In this document: piece after piece, positions 1 through 8,791 of the stretch
Layout: every line of letters starts with the position of its first letter
Numbering within the stretch: the first letter of the stretch is position 1
Assembly: GCF_025345565.1 (NCBI RefSeq)
Contig: NZ_CP054475.1
Coordinates: forward strand, 67,845-131,844
Direction of reading: 5' to 3'
Source: Thalassolituus hydrocarboniclasticus
GTDB taxonomy: Bacteria; Pseudomonadota; Gammaproteobacteria; Pseudomonadales; Oceanobacteraceae
Length of the DNA stretch: 64,000 bases
Position numbers and translations under genes: made by a program
The notes under the pieces: model-generated
The model's database searches: none
The model's input: only the letters and a program-made list of their open reading frames with translations
What the model was told of the DNA's origin: nothing

Positions 1-1
1 C

Positions 2-208
2 CTTAAGCGTGTTGCCGGTTGGCTGCAGGATTACCTGATTATCGATGATGAACGTACCCGTGCCGCTCATGCTGCGCTGAAGGAGTTGCAGCAGTGGAAC
101 GTTGCCCCGGCGTTGCCGGATATCAGCCGCTCGCTGCAGCAACTGCAGAGCCTGGTTGAACAGCAGCGCCGTGGTACGGTAATGCCTGCAGCGGAGGATG
201 CGGCATGA
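2..208 (+). CDS. hemX: C-terminal fragment of a HemX-like protein (uroporphyrinogen-III methyltransferase-associated membrane protein); 5' end lies outside the window
   Basis: Open frame from the window edge to TGA at 206-208. That stop overlaps the hemY ATG (ATGA). Position immediately upstream of hemY matches hemCDXY synteny. No internal homology check was possible. Confidence 0.4.
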   Translation, partial: LKRVAGWLQDYLIIDDERTRAAHAALKELQQWNVAPALPDISRSLQQLQSLVEQQRRGTVMPAAEDAA

Positions 209-1395
209 GGGTATGGCTGCTGTTGCTGATTATTACACTGGGGCTGGGCCTGATGATCGGCACCCTGGTAAGAATGGACACCGGCTATGTCTTGCTCAGC
301 TGGAATAATTACACGCTGGAAACCAATATCTGGGTTTATATTGGCCTGACGCTGCTGGCCATGATCGCGATGTACGCCCTGCTGCGCTTCAGCCTGTTGT
401 TGCTGGGCAGCGACTGGCGTTTTAACGAATGGCGCCGCCAGCGCCGTAACCAGCGTGCCCGCCGGCAGACCACTCGCGGCCTGCTGAGTCTGGCGCAGGG
501 TCAGTGGCGCCGTGCAGAACGCTTGCTGACCCTGAGCGCCGACGATTCAGATACGCCGTTAATCAACTATCTGGCCGCTGCCCGCGCGGCTTACGAGCAG
601 GGCAAAATGGAAGCCGCCGATGAATGGCTGAAAGCCGCCAGTCAGAGCACCAAAGGCGCCGAGCTGGCCGTTGGCCTGACCCAGGCTGAGCTGCTGAATT
701 CGCGCGGCCAGAAAGAACAGGCGCTGGCGGTGCTGTTACGCCTGCGTCAGAAACATCCGAAACATGCTTATCTGCTGAAACTGCTGGTCAAAACCTATCT
801 CGACCTGCAGGACTGGGTGGCGCTGCATGAGCTGCTGCCGCTGCTGCGCAAAGCCACCAAAATTCCGGCCGACAAGATCAAAGAGTTGGAAGAGAACGTT
901 CATCTGCAATTGCTGGAACGGGCGGTGCGCGGCCATAGCCAGCGTCCGGGGCAGGGCGTGGCGGAGCTGAAGCGCCTGTATCACGATATCCCCCGCCAGC
1001 TGCGTTATTCGCTGCCGATCACCCGTCGCTATATTGAGCTGCTGATCGAACAGAACGAAGAAACGCTGGCCGAGCATGAGCTGCGCAATGCACTGAAATA
1101 CGTCTGGCACGATGAGCTGATCAGCCTGTACGGCACGCTGAAAGGCGAAGACGCCAGCCGCCAGCTGTTGTTTGCTGAGCAGCAGTTGCAGGAGCGGCCG
1201 AACGATCCGCAATTGCTGCTGATTCTGGGTCGTCTGGCATTGCGCCTTAATGACCTCGACAAGGCACAGGAATACCTGCAGACCGGTCTGCGTATTAAAG
1301 GCCTGCCGGAGTTGCATGCGGAAATGGGTAAGGTGTTGCTGGCCGAAGGGAATGAGTCCCGCGCCTGTGAGCACTTTCAGCTGGCGCTGCGTTAA
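205..1395 (+). CDS. hemY: HemY-like heme-biosynthesis-associated TPR membrane protein
   Basis: N-terminus has two TM helices followed by an Arg-rich stretch (WRRQRRNQRARR) and TPR-like repeats. Overall it resembles E. coli HemY, and the position after a hemX fragment fits. Confidence 0.8.
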   Translation: MRVWLLLLIITLGLGLMIGTLVRMDTGYVLLSWNNYTLETNIWVYIGLTLLAMIAMYALLRFSLLLLGSDWRFNEWRRQRRNQRARRQTTRGLLSLAQGQWRRAERLLTLSADDSDTPLINYLAAARAAYEQGKMEAADEWLKAASQSTKGAELAVGLTQAELLNSRGQKEQALAVLLRLRQKHPKHAYLLKLLVKTYLDLQDWVALHELLPLLRKATKIPADKIKELEENVHLQLLERAVRGHSQRPGQGVAELKRLYHDIPRQLRYSLPITRRYIELLIEQNEETLAEHELRNALKYVWHDELISLYGTLKGEDASRQLLFAEQQLQERPNDPQLLLILGRLALRLNDLDKAQEYLQTGLRIKGLPELHAEMGKVLLAEGNESRACEHFQLALR

Positions 1396-1420
1396 CACAG
1401 GTCGGAGAGGTTTCTGCTGT

Positions 1421-1472
1421 AGGAACCGTTTTGTGCAGGAACGGTTTTGTGCAGGAACGGTTTTTTGTAGGA
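1421..1472. repeat. Tandem direct repeat, about 3.25 copies of a 16-bp unit aggaacggttttgtgc, followed by the GTGACtttcaGTCAC hairpin (1473-1487)
   Basis: Read directly: aggaaccgttttgtgc / aggaacggttttgtgc / aggaacggttttttgt / agga. It lies in the convergent intergenic region between hemY and the SBP gene. Confidence 0.8.
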
Positions 1473-1657
1473 GTGACTTTCAGTCACGATCACAGCCATC
1501 GCGGTAAAATCCCGCTCCCACAACAGACCGTCGCTCTTGCAGTCTCGCGGGCAGTGCCCGCCCTACATGCGGCGCTGATTGTATAAGTGCCGTCATATCG
1601 GGGGGCATCAGTCCGGTAGGAGCGGGCCATGCCCGCGATCAACAGGAATATCGCCCG

Positions 1658-2932
1658 TTATTCCAGCGCCAGGGCGCGGCCTGCTGCACGACGCTCGGCA
1701 TGCCACTCGCTCAGGCTTTGCGCAACTTCATTGCCCGGCAGATGAGCCAGAATCTCAAAGAAATCCTCATGCAGATGGCTCTGCAGAATCTCGTTGCGCG
1801 GACGGCTGCGAACCACATAGACGCTCTGTACGTTCTGATGATCAAAGGCACGCCATTCCTGTTCGTCTTTCAGGCTGCTGTAGCGATGGCCTTCCAGCGC
1901 CTTGATCAGCTTGCCGGTGTTCACTGAGCCTGCACGTTCGGCGGCATCCTTAAACTGATAAACGATGTTGTATGCGGATGCCGCAGAGCTGGACGGATAA
2001 GCGCCGTATTTTTTCACAAAAGCCTCAACAAAGGCTTTGCCGCGAGGGAAGTCGTAGCGGTAAGGCACCTGCCAGCACCAGGGCACCGCACCGATAACGC
2101 CTTCCATAATGCCGGAGCCGGCGGACTTGGCCATACCCAGAGTCAGGTTGGGTACGATGATGGTCATTTTGTCTTTCAGTCCCATCTGCTGTGCTGCATG
2201 CAGCGCCAGCGCCATATCATCACCAAACTGCACCAGCATCAGCACATCGGCGCCAGAGTCGCGCGCCGCTTCCAGTGCGGTACGCATATCGCTGTCGCGC
2301 GGACGCGGATAAGTAACGCGTACGCCCGGATGAGCACTGGTGTCGGTGGTTTTGGTAAAGGTGCGCAGTGATTCTTCGGTCGACCAGCCCCAGCTGTAAT
2401 CAGCCGTCAGATAAAACAGTTTCTTGCCCTGCAGGCTGTCATTCAGATAAGACGCCAGCGCCTTGGCCGCCATGTGCGCATTATAAGTTTCGCGGAACAT
2501 GTGTTTATGCCCTTCGGCACCGGTGGTTTCGTTGGCATAAGTCAGGGTACCGAAATACAGAAGATCGTGTTTGGCGGCTTGCTTACCGGCGGCGATGGCT
2601 ACCGCGCTGGATGAACCGCCAAACAGCATGGCGACGTTCTGGGCGGCGAGGGCATCGACGTTTTCGACGGCTTTATCGGGTTTGGAAGCAGAGTTGGCGG
2701 TCAGCAGCTCGACCGGACGCCCCAGAATACCTTTACCGGCATTGATCTCTTCGATGGCCAGCAGGGCCCCGCGTGCCTGAGCCAGCCCCTGTTCTTTGTA
2801 GCGTCCGCTGGAAGGATAGTTGAGACCAAGTTTGATGCTTTCCCCGGCGGGGGCGGCCTGAATAGCCTGCGGCATGGCAAATGGCAGTGCCAGCAGCAGG
2901 CAGATGGTGGTGCGGATGAATGCAGCGGGCAT
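1658..2932 (-). CDS. Periplasmic substrate-binding protein, type I PBP (Leu/Ile/Val or amide/urea-binding family). It is an orphan with no adjacent permease genes.
   Basis: Signal peptide MPAAFIRTTICLLLALPFAMPQAIQA. Typical LivK/amide-binding family composition and length (424 aa). Confidence 0.7.
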   Translation of the reverse strand: MPAAFIRTTICLLLALPFAMPQAIQAAPAGESIKLGLNYPSSGRYKEQGLAQARGALLAIEEINAGKGILGRPVELLTANSASKPDKAVENVDALAAQNVAMLFGGSSSAVAIAAGKQAAKHDLLYFGTLTYANETTGAEGHKHMFRETYNAHMAAKALASYLNDSLQGKKLFYLTADYSWGWSTEESLRTFTKTTDTSAHPGVRVTYPRPRDSDMRTALEAARDSGADVLMLVQFGDDMALALHAAQQMGLKDKMTIIVPNLTLGMAKSAGSGIMEGVIGAVPWCWQVPYRYDFPRGKAFVEAFVKKYGAYPSSSAASAYNIVYQFKDAAERAGSVNTGKLIKALEGHRYSSLKDEQEWRAFDHQNVQSVYVVRSRPRNEILQSHLHEDFFEILAHLPGNEVAQSLSEWHAERRAAGRALALE

Positions 2933-3052
2933 AGGGCTCTCTCCTGAAAGTCAGCCCGCTATCATCCTCCCGCATGGCACAAATGACTTTTATCTATTCG
3001 TCGGATAGACAAAGGTCGGTGGCAAATTGTGCCACTCGGGCCAGTTTTCAGA

Positions 3053-3880
3053 TCAGGCGACGTCTTTATGCCAATGCACGTCCATCTGCGGGAACGGAAT
3101 CTCAATGCCTTCGGCGTCAAAACGCAGCTTGATGCTTTCGGTCAGCTGGAAGCGCACATCCCAGTAGTCCTCGGCTTTTACCCAGGGGCGCACGATAAAG
3201 TTCACCGAAGAGTCGGCCAGCTCGGAGACGGCGATTTTATAAGCCGGATCTTTCAGCACTTTGTCGTGGTCTTTGACCAGTTCTTCCAGAATGCTTTTCG
3301 CTTTCAGCAGGTCGGAGCCATAGCTGATACCGATCACCATATCGATACGGCGTGTCGCTTCTTCGGAGTAGTTCACCATGGTGTTGCCGAACACATTGCC
3401 GTTTGGCACGGTGACGACTTTGTTATCCGGAGTTTTCAGGCGGGTGCTGAAAATGGTGATTTTATCCACCGAGCCAGCCACACCACCTACTTCAACATAA
3501 TCACCCAGCTTGAACGGCCGGAACACGATCAGCATGACGCCGGCCGCAAAGTGCGACAGCGAATCTTTCAGCGCCAGACCAACGGCCAGACCGGCGGCAC
3601 CGAGCAGGGCAACCAGCGAGGTGGTGTCGAGCCCGAGTTGTGACAGGGCAAAGACAATAACCAGCAGCACCAGTGTGCTGTTCATCACCGTGGCCAGAAA
3701 GCTGACCAGAATCGGATCGAGGCGGGCGCGCTCAAGCCCTTTGGTCGTGGCGCGGGTAACAAAACCGGCCAGCATGCGGCCGATAATAAAAATCAGCAGC
3801 GCCAGTACGATCTGCGTACCCCAGGGCAGAATATAGGTTTCCCACAATTGCTGCGGATTAACGGTGAAGGTCCAGTTCAT
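3053..3880 (-). CDS. Small-conductance mechanosensitive channel (MscS family)
   Basis: Three N-terminal TM helices. Conserved MscS pore/beta-domain region (…LGAAGLAVGLALKDSLSHFAAGVMLIVFRPFKLGDYVEV…TRLKTPDNKVVTVPNG…). Confidence 0.85.
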   Translation of the reverse strand: MNWTFTVNPQQLWETYILPWGTQIVLALLIFIIGRMLAGFVTRATTKGLERARLDPILVSFLATVMNSTLVLLVIVFALSQLGLDTTSLVALLGAAGLAVGLALKDSLSHFAAGVMLIVFRPFKLGDYVEVGGVAGSVDKITIFSTRLKTPDNKVVTVPNGNVFGNTMVNYSEEATRRIDMVIGISYGSDLLKAKSILEELVKDHDKVLKDPAYKIAVSELADSSVNFIVRPWVKAEDYWDVRFQLTESIKLRFDAEGIEIPFPQMDVHWHKDVA

Positions 3881-3914
3881 AGAAGCTCCTGGTTGTCAGG
3901 TAAAAATAAAAACG

Positions 3915-4955
3915 TCAGTCGCGCGGTGCATAGGCAAAGACATCGGAGTGCATATTGCCACGGGTCAGACCCAGCGGTGCCAGCTGATCGAGGGTGCCGT
4001 ACACCATATTCGGTGAGCCGCAGGCGAACATCTGTACCTGGCTCAGATCGGCAAAGTCTTCGTGAATCACCTGATAAATCCAGCCGGCGCGGCCATGCCA
4101 GCCTTCGCTGTGCTGTTCGATAATCGGGTGGTAATGAAAGTTCGCATGCTGTTGTGCCCACTGCAGGGGCAGATCGGCCAGATAAAAACCGGCACTGTTG
4201 CGGTTGGACCAGTAGAGGTGAATTTCCTGCTGTGGGTTCAGCGCCAGCGCGCCTTCGATCAGGGCTTTGATCTGTGAGAAACCACTGCCGGCCGCCACCA
4301 TCACCAGTGGCTGATCTTTGTGCTGCTGAATAAAGAGTTTGCTGATAAAGCAATCGCCCGCCGGCAGTGTGACGCGTGCTACGACGGCGTCGCGCAGGAA
4401 GTTAATAATGCGCAGGGCGTTGTCGCTGCTGTTAGCGATGTGCAGTTCTATCTTACGCGGGTCGGTGTTGTTCATGCTGCCCGGTGCACAGGCGATGGAG
4501 AACGGCACCTGCTCTTCGTTACCCTGTTCGTCGCGCACGTGCAGCAGCAGGTACTGGCCGGGCCAGAAATCGGCGCTCTTGCCGGCCGGGGTAAGTAATT
4601 CTATGCGCCAGATATCATCGCCCAGTAGTTCCACGGCAGGAATCTGACAGGCCAGGCTGACCTGTGGCTTGTGATTGGGGGCGTAAACATCGGCCATATA
4701 TATCTCAACATCGGTCTGGGGTTGGGCGACGCAGCATAATACCTGATTGTCTTGCTCAAGTATGGTCTGACCCAGAGAGTTGCGAAAGCTGAACGCTCCG
4801 GCAAGCCTTTCCCCCTGACAGATCTGGCAGATCGCGTTTTCGCAGCTGACCGGCACGATCACGCCCTGCTGCAGCGCGGCCTCGGCGATGGTCTGATCCG
4901 GGGCACAGCGGATGCGCGCCCCGGATGGCCGGAAGGTGACGGTATAGAGCGTCAT
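3915..4955 (-). CDS. Ferredoxin–NAD(P) reductase fusion: N-terminal plant-type 2Fe-2S ferredoxin domain plus FNR-like FAD/NAD(P)-binding domain. It sits in the fre position next to ubiD.
   Basis: Cys cluster [12 protein letters not shown]…C in the first 60 aa. FNR-like motifs (RxYS-like, [12 protein letters not shown]) follow. Immediately downstream of ubiD, where E. coli has fre. Confidence 0.7.
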   Translation of the reverse strand: MTLYTVTFRPSGARIRCAPDQTIAEAALQQGVIVPVSCENAICQICQGERLAGAFSFRNSLGQTILEQDNQVLCCVAQPQTDVEIYMADVYAPNHKPQVSLACQIPAVELLGDDIWRIELLTPAGKSADFWPGQYLLLHVRDEQGNEEQVPFSIACAPGSMNNTDPRKIELHIANSSDNALRIINFLRDAVVARVTLPAGDCFISKLFIQQHKDQPLVMVAAGSGFSQIKALIEGALALNPQQEIHLYWSNRNSAGFYLADLPLQWAQQHANFHYHPIIEQHSEGWHGRAGWIYQVIHEDFADLSQVQMFACGSPNMVYGTLDQLAPLGLTRGNMHSDVFAYAPRD

Positions 4956-6451
4956 AACCCCAGCTGATCCCAGATTTCGTCGACCTTATTTTTCACGTCC
5001 TGATCCATCACGATTGGCGTGCCCCATTCACGGCTGGTTTCACCCGGCCATTTGTTGGTGGCATCCAGACCCATCTTCGAGCCCAGGCCCGATACCGGTG
5101 AGGCAAAGTCGAGGTAATCAATCGGCGTGTTTTCAATCAAAGTGGTATCGCGCGCCGGGTCCATACGGGTGGTGATGGCCCAGATCACGTCTTCCCAGTT
5201 GCGGGTGTTCACGTCGTCGTCCACCACAATCACAAACTTGGTGTACATAAACTGGCGCAGGAAAGACCACACGCCCATCATCACGCGCTTGGCATGACCC
5301 GGGTATTGTTTCTTCATGCTCACCACCGCCATGCGGTAGGAGCAGCCTTCCGGCGGCAGATAGAAATCGACGATTTCCGGAAACTGCTTCTGCAGAATCG
5401 GCACAAAGACTTCGTTCAGCGCCACTCCGAGAATGGCCGGCTCATCCGGCGGGCGGCCGGTGTAGGTGCTGTGGTAAATAGGGTCTTTGCGGTGGGTAAT
5501 GCGCTCGACGGTAAATACCGGGAACTCATCGACCTCGTTGTAATAGCCGGTGTGGTCACCGAATGGCCCTTCAGGCGCCATCTCGCCCGGATGAATCACC
5601 CCTTCAAGCACGATTTCAGCCGAGGCCGGCACCAGCAGATCGTTGCCGATGCTTTTTACCAGCTCGGTCTTGCTGTCGCGCAGCAGGCCGGCAAAGGCAT
5701 ATTCGCTCAGGGTATCCGGCACCGGCGTGACTGCACCGAGAATGGTGGCCGGGTCGGCGCCCAGCGCGACAGTCACCGGGAAAGGTTCGCCCGGATGGGC
5801 CTTCTGCCACTCAAGAAAATCCAGCGCGCCGCCGCGATGGCTGAGCCAGCGCATAATCACTTTGTTTTTAGCGATCACCTGCTGACGATAAATACCTAAA
5901 TTGTGACGTTCTTTATGCGGCCCTTTGGTAATCACCAGTGGCCAGGTAATTAACGGACCGGCGTCGCCGGGCCAGCAGTGCTGTACCGGAATCTTGCTCA
6001 GATCTACGTCATCACCTTCGAGCACCACATCCTGACAGGGCGCCTTGCGCACTTCTTTCGGCCCCATCGACAGCACTTTTTTGAAGATCGGCAGTTTTTC
6101 CCAGGCGTCTTTCATGCCCTTGGGTGGCTCAGGTTCTTTTAAGAACGCCAGCAGCTGACCGATATCACGCAGCGCTTCCACCGACTCTTCACCCATGCCC
6201 AGCGCCACCCGTTTCGGGGTACCGAACAGGTTGGCCAGAACCGGCATGTCATAACCCTTGGGATTTTCAAACAGCAGCGCCGGACCACCGGCACGCAGCA
6301 CACGGTCGGCGATTTCGGTCATTTCCAGATGCGGATCAACCGGATAACGGATGCGTTTCAGTTCGCCACGTTTTTCCAGCGATTTAATAAAGTCGCGCAG
6401 GTCGGTGTATTTCACAGGCACTTCCACAGGCTTTTCAACTGCCGGCATCAT
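4952..6451 (-). CDS. ubiD: 4-hydroxy-3-polyprenylbenzoate decarboxylase UbiD. The start is reassigned to the internal Met; the ORF-track N-extension is unlikely to be real.
   Basis: High identity to E. coli UbiD along the whole length (KYTDLRDF…[15 protein letters not shown]…GIYRQQ…[47 protein letters not shown]…). The E. coli alignment starts at MMPAVEK… (codon 38 of the listed ORF). Confidence 0.9.
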   Translation of the reverse strand: MMPAVEKPVEVPVKYTDLRDFIKSLEKRGELKRIRYPVDPHLEMTEIADRVLRAGGPALLFENPKGYDMPVLANLFGTPKRVALGMGEESVEALRDIGQLLAFLKEPEPPKGMKDAWEKLPIFKKVLSMGPKEVRKAPCQDVVLEGDDVDLSKIPVQHCWPGDAGPLITWPLVITKGPHKERHNLGIYRQQVIAKNKVIMRWLSHRGGALDFLEWQKAHPGEPFPVTVALGADPATILGAVTPVPDTLSEYAFAGLLRDSKTELVKSIGNDLLVPASAEIVLEGVIHPGEMAPEGPFGDHTGYYNEVDEFPVFTVERITHRKDPIYHSTYTGRPPDEPAILGVALNEVFVPILQKQFPEIVDFYLPPEGCSYRMAVVSMKKQYPGHAKRVMMGVWSFLRQFMYTKFVIVVDDDVNTRNWEDVIWAITTRMDPARDTTLIENTPIDYLDFASPVSGLGSKMGLDATNKWPGETSREWGTPIVMDQDVKNKVDEIWDQLGL

Positions 6452-6660
6452 ACCAGAGCTTCCCAATACGTGGGCTGCAAAGCGTTTTAATGGTGTTGTC
6501 GATCTCACGAAGGAGCCATCATTCACTGCACTCGACGTCTTGTCCAAAGTACTCTGCTGCACTCACGGGAAGCTGTGCAGAATTATTCAGAGGTGCCGCA
6601 GATATGACCTGACCGCCCGGCTCCTTTATAATCGCCGGCCAAAACCGCAGGGGGTTTTTT

Positions 6661-7053
6661 ATGCAGGCAAAAAATACACTGGCAGCGGCTGCCGTCGCAG
6701 GCTTCAGCGGTGTCGCACTGGGCGCGTTCGGAGCGCATGGTCTGAAGGGCGTACTGAGCGCTGATATGCTGACGGTGTACCAGACCGCGGTGCAGTATCA
6801 CCTGATTCATGCTGTGGTTCTGCTGGCCTTATCGCTGTGGCTGCAGGTGCAGCCATCGCGCTGGCTGAGCTGGTCGGCGCGGCTGATGTTGCTGGGTCTG
6901 ATTCTGTTCAGCGGCAGTCTGTATCTGCTGGCGCTGAGCGGTGTGCGGCCGCTGGGCATGATCACACCGCTGGGCGGCGTCAGCTGGTTGCTGGGCTGGT
7001 CGGCGTTGCTGGTGGCTGCCGTTAAGCTGAAAATCCCTTCACACTCTTTGTAA
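6661..7053 (+). CDS. DUF423 family inner-membrane protein (YgdD-like)
   Basis: 130 aa with four TM helices and a GAFGAHGL motif typical of DUF423. Confidence 0.7.
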   Translation: MQAKNTLAAAAVAGFSGVALGAFGAHGLKGVLSADMLTVYQTAVQYHLIHAVVLLALSLWLQVQPSRWLSWSARLMLLGLILFSGSLYLLALSGVRPLGMITPLGGVSWLLGWSALLVAAVKLKIPSHSL

Positions 7054-7071
7054 TTATTCAGGCAGGTTATC

Positions 7072-7800
7072 GTGAGCGAACATGATGAAAATCCGGCAGC
7101 TGCGGCTGCGGAAGGCGACAAACCGGTTTACCGCCGCGGTATCAAAAGCTTTGTTATCCGTGCCGGGCGTTTAACCAAAGGTCAGGAAGGCGCTCTCGAA
7201 CGGCAGTGGCCGGTGATGGGTCTCGAACTGGCGCAGGGTGCGATTAATCCGGTTGAGGTGTTTGGCCGTGACGGCCACGTGGTGTTGGAAATCGGCTATG
7301 GCATGGGCCAGTCGCTGGTGCAGATGGCCGCCGCCGCGCCGGAAAAAGATTTTATCGGTGTGGAAGTGCATCTGCCGGGTGTTGGTTCGCTGCTGTATCT
7401 GGCGGAAGAAGCCGGCATCACTAACCTGCGCAGCTATAAAGAAGATGCAATCGAAGTGCTGAAGCTGCTGCCGGATAACAGCATCGATACCGTGCAGCTG
7501 TTTTTCCCTGACCCGTGGCACAAGAAAAAGCACCATAAGCGCCGCATTGTGCAGGCTGAGTTTGCCCAGACCATCCGCCGTATTTTAAAGCCGGGTGGCG
7601 TATTCCATATGGCGACCGACTGGGAACCCTATATGGAGCATATGCTGGAAGTAATGGATGTAGCCGAAGGTTATGAAAACGTTGCCGGTAAGGGCAATTG
7701 CGTGCCGCGTCCGGAGCACCGCCCGCTGACCAAGTTTGAAAACCGTGGTGAGAAGCTGGGGCATGGGGTGTGGGATATGATGTTCAGAAAAACAGACTGA
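7072..7800 (+). CDS. trmB: tRNA (guanine46-N7)-methyltransferase TrmB, with a GTG start
   Basis: Strong similarity to E. coli TrmB (RIRSFV.[10 protein letters not shown], [21 protein letters not shown], [21 protein letters not shown]). Confidence 0.9.
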   Translation: MSEHDENPAAAAAEGDKPVYRRGIKSFVIRAGRLTKGQEGALERQWPVMGLELAQGAINPVEVFGRDGHVVLEIGYGMGQSLVQMAAAAPEKDFIGVEVHLPGVGSLLYLAEEAGITNLRSYKEDAIEVLKLLPDNSIDTVQLFFPDPWHKKKHHKRRIVQAEFAQTIRRILKPGGVFHMATDWEPYMEHMLEVMDVAEGYENVAGKGNCVPRPEHRPLTKFENRGEKLGHGVWDMMFRKTD

Positions 7801-7851
7801 CGTCGGACGTCCGACGACACCGACATCCGACTTTAAATAAGGAAACAAATC

Positions 7852-8145
7852 ATGCAGAAGAAAGATAAAGAAAAAGTATTTGGTGGTGAGTGGTCAGAAG
7901 CGCAGCTGCGTGAATTTCTGAGCGCCAACAGCTATGACGGCAGCGATGCTGATTACGTTGCCGCCATCCGCGCTTACCGTCATATGGTGCCGGAAGTGTT
8001 TGCCGAATACGTGGAGCTGTTTAAAGCCGAAGGCCATAACCTGAATGCGAAAAATGCCGAAGGCGTAACCATTCTGCAAACCATCGCCAGCCACAGCAAA
8101 GGCGAAGAGTATGCTGCGGCACTGCGTGTGGCGGGTGCTGAATAA
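7852..8145 (+). CDS. Small conserved hypothetical protein (97 aa)
   Basis: Good RBS (aaggaaacaaatcATG). Coding-like codon usage. No recognisable domain. Confidence 0.5.
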   Translation: MQKKDKEKVFGGEWSEAQLREFLSANSYDGSDADYVAAIRAYRHMVPEVFAEYVELFKAEGHNLNAKNAEGVTILQTIASHSKGEEYAAALRVAGAE

Positions 8146-8156
8146 GCAATATAAGC

Positions 8157-8624
8157 TCAGCCTGGCTGCGGTACTTCCTGCAGTAACAGGCTGATGGCTT
8201 TGGTATTAAAGCCGGTATCGCTGACGCCGGTTTCCTGCTTCAGTCGCTCGATAATTTTCTGTTCGATGGCCAGCTGTTCTTCCGGTGGCAGCTGTTCAAA
8301 CTCTTCCTCGGTCAGGCCCATTTCTTTCAGCACGGCGGCGCGCATTTTTTCGGCATCGCTCATTGCCATGTAGTCGCGGAATTCCTGTACGGCGCTTTTT
8401 TCTGAACTGGCTTCTGGTTCTGCTACGGATGCGGACGTTGCCGGTTTCTGTGCCGCAGCGGCAACAGGCGATGTGGCTGTTACTGCACGGACAGGTTCTG
8501 TCGCAGGCTGAGCCTGTTGTTGTGCGCGCAACAGATCGGCAAATACCGTATTGCTGTTTTTTTCCTTTTTTGTACCCGGGTTCTGACTGATGGCGGCAAA
8601 TGCCTCCGTGCGGTTAATGTTCAT
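8157..8624 (-). CDS. Hypothetical protein (155 aa) with an acidic C-terminal half
   Basis: Strong RBS aaaaggaggcagggtATG. It follows the 568-aa gene on the same strand, after a terminator-like hairpin. Confidence 0.5.
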   Translation of the reverse strand: MNINRTEAFAAISQNPGTKKEKNSNTVFADLLRAQQQAQPATEPVRAVTATSPVAAAAQKPATSASVAEPEASSEKSAVQEFRDYMAMSDAEKMRAAVLKEMGLTEEEFEQLPPEEQLAIEQKIIERLKQETGVSDTGFNTKAISLLLQEVPQPG

Positions 8625-8791
8625 ACCCTGCCTCCTTTTCTGATGGTTATGTCAGAAAGCAGTATGTATGCCATGGCGCTGCAGGCTGCGGTCTTGCTCT
8701 GCACTGCGGCCTTAAAGGAAAAAAAGCGGCAGGGGCTGTCCGCCAGAGCGGTAGCAGGCCGCCGCTTTTGTGCAGATTTTCAGTTCGGTTT

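Noticed and set aside
736-1398. 220-aa antisense ORF fully inside hemY, plus smaller overlapping ORFs at 1029..1262 and 1250..1507
   Set aside because: Typical GC-rich antisense open frames. hemY on the opposite strand has clear homology. No RBS or homology for the antisense frame.
3029-3643. 204-aa plus-strand ORF overlapping the MscS-family gene
   Set aside because: Antisense to a well-supported MscS channel gene. His/Val/Phe-rich low-complexity translation typical of the reverse frame.
4952-6562. Longer 536-aa version of ubiD
   Set aside because: Alignment to E. coli UbiD begins at the internal Met (6451). The upstream 37 codons have no counterpart and overlap the divergent promoter region.
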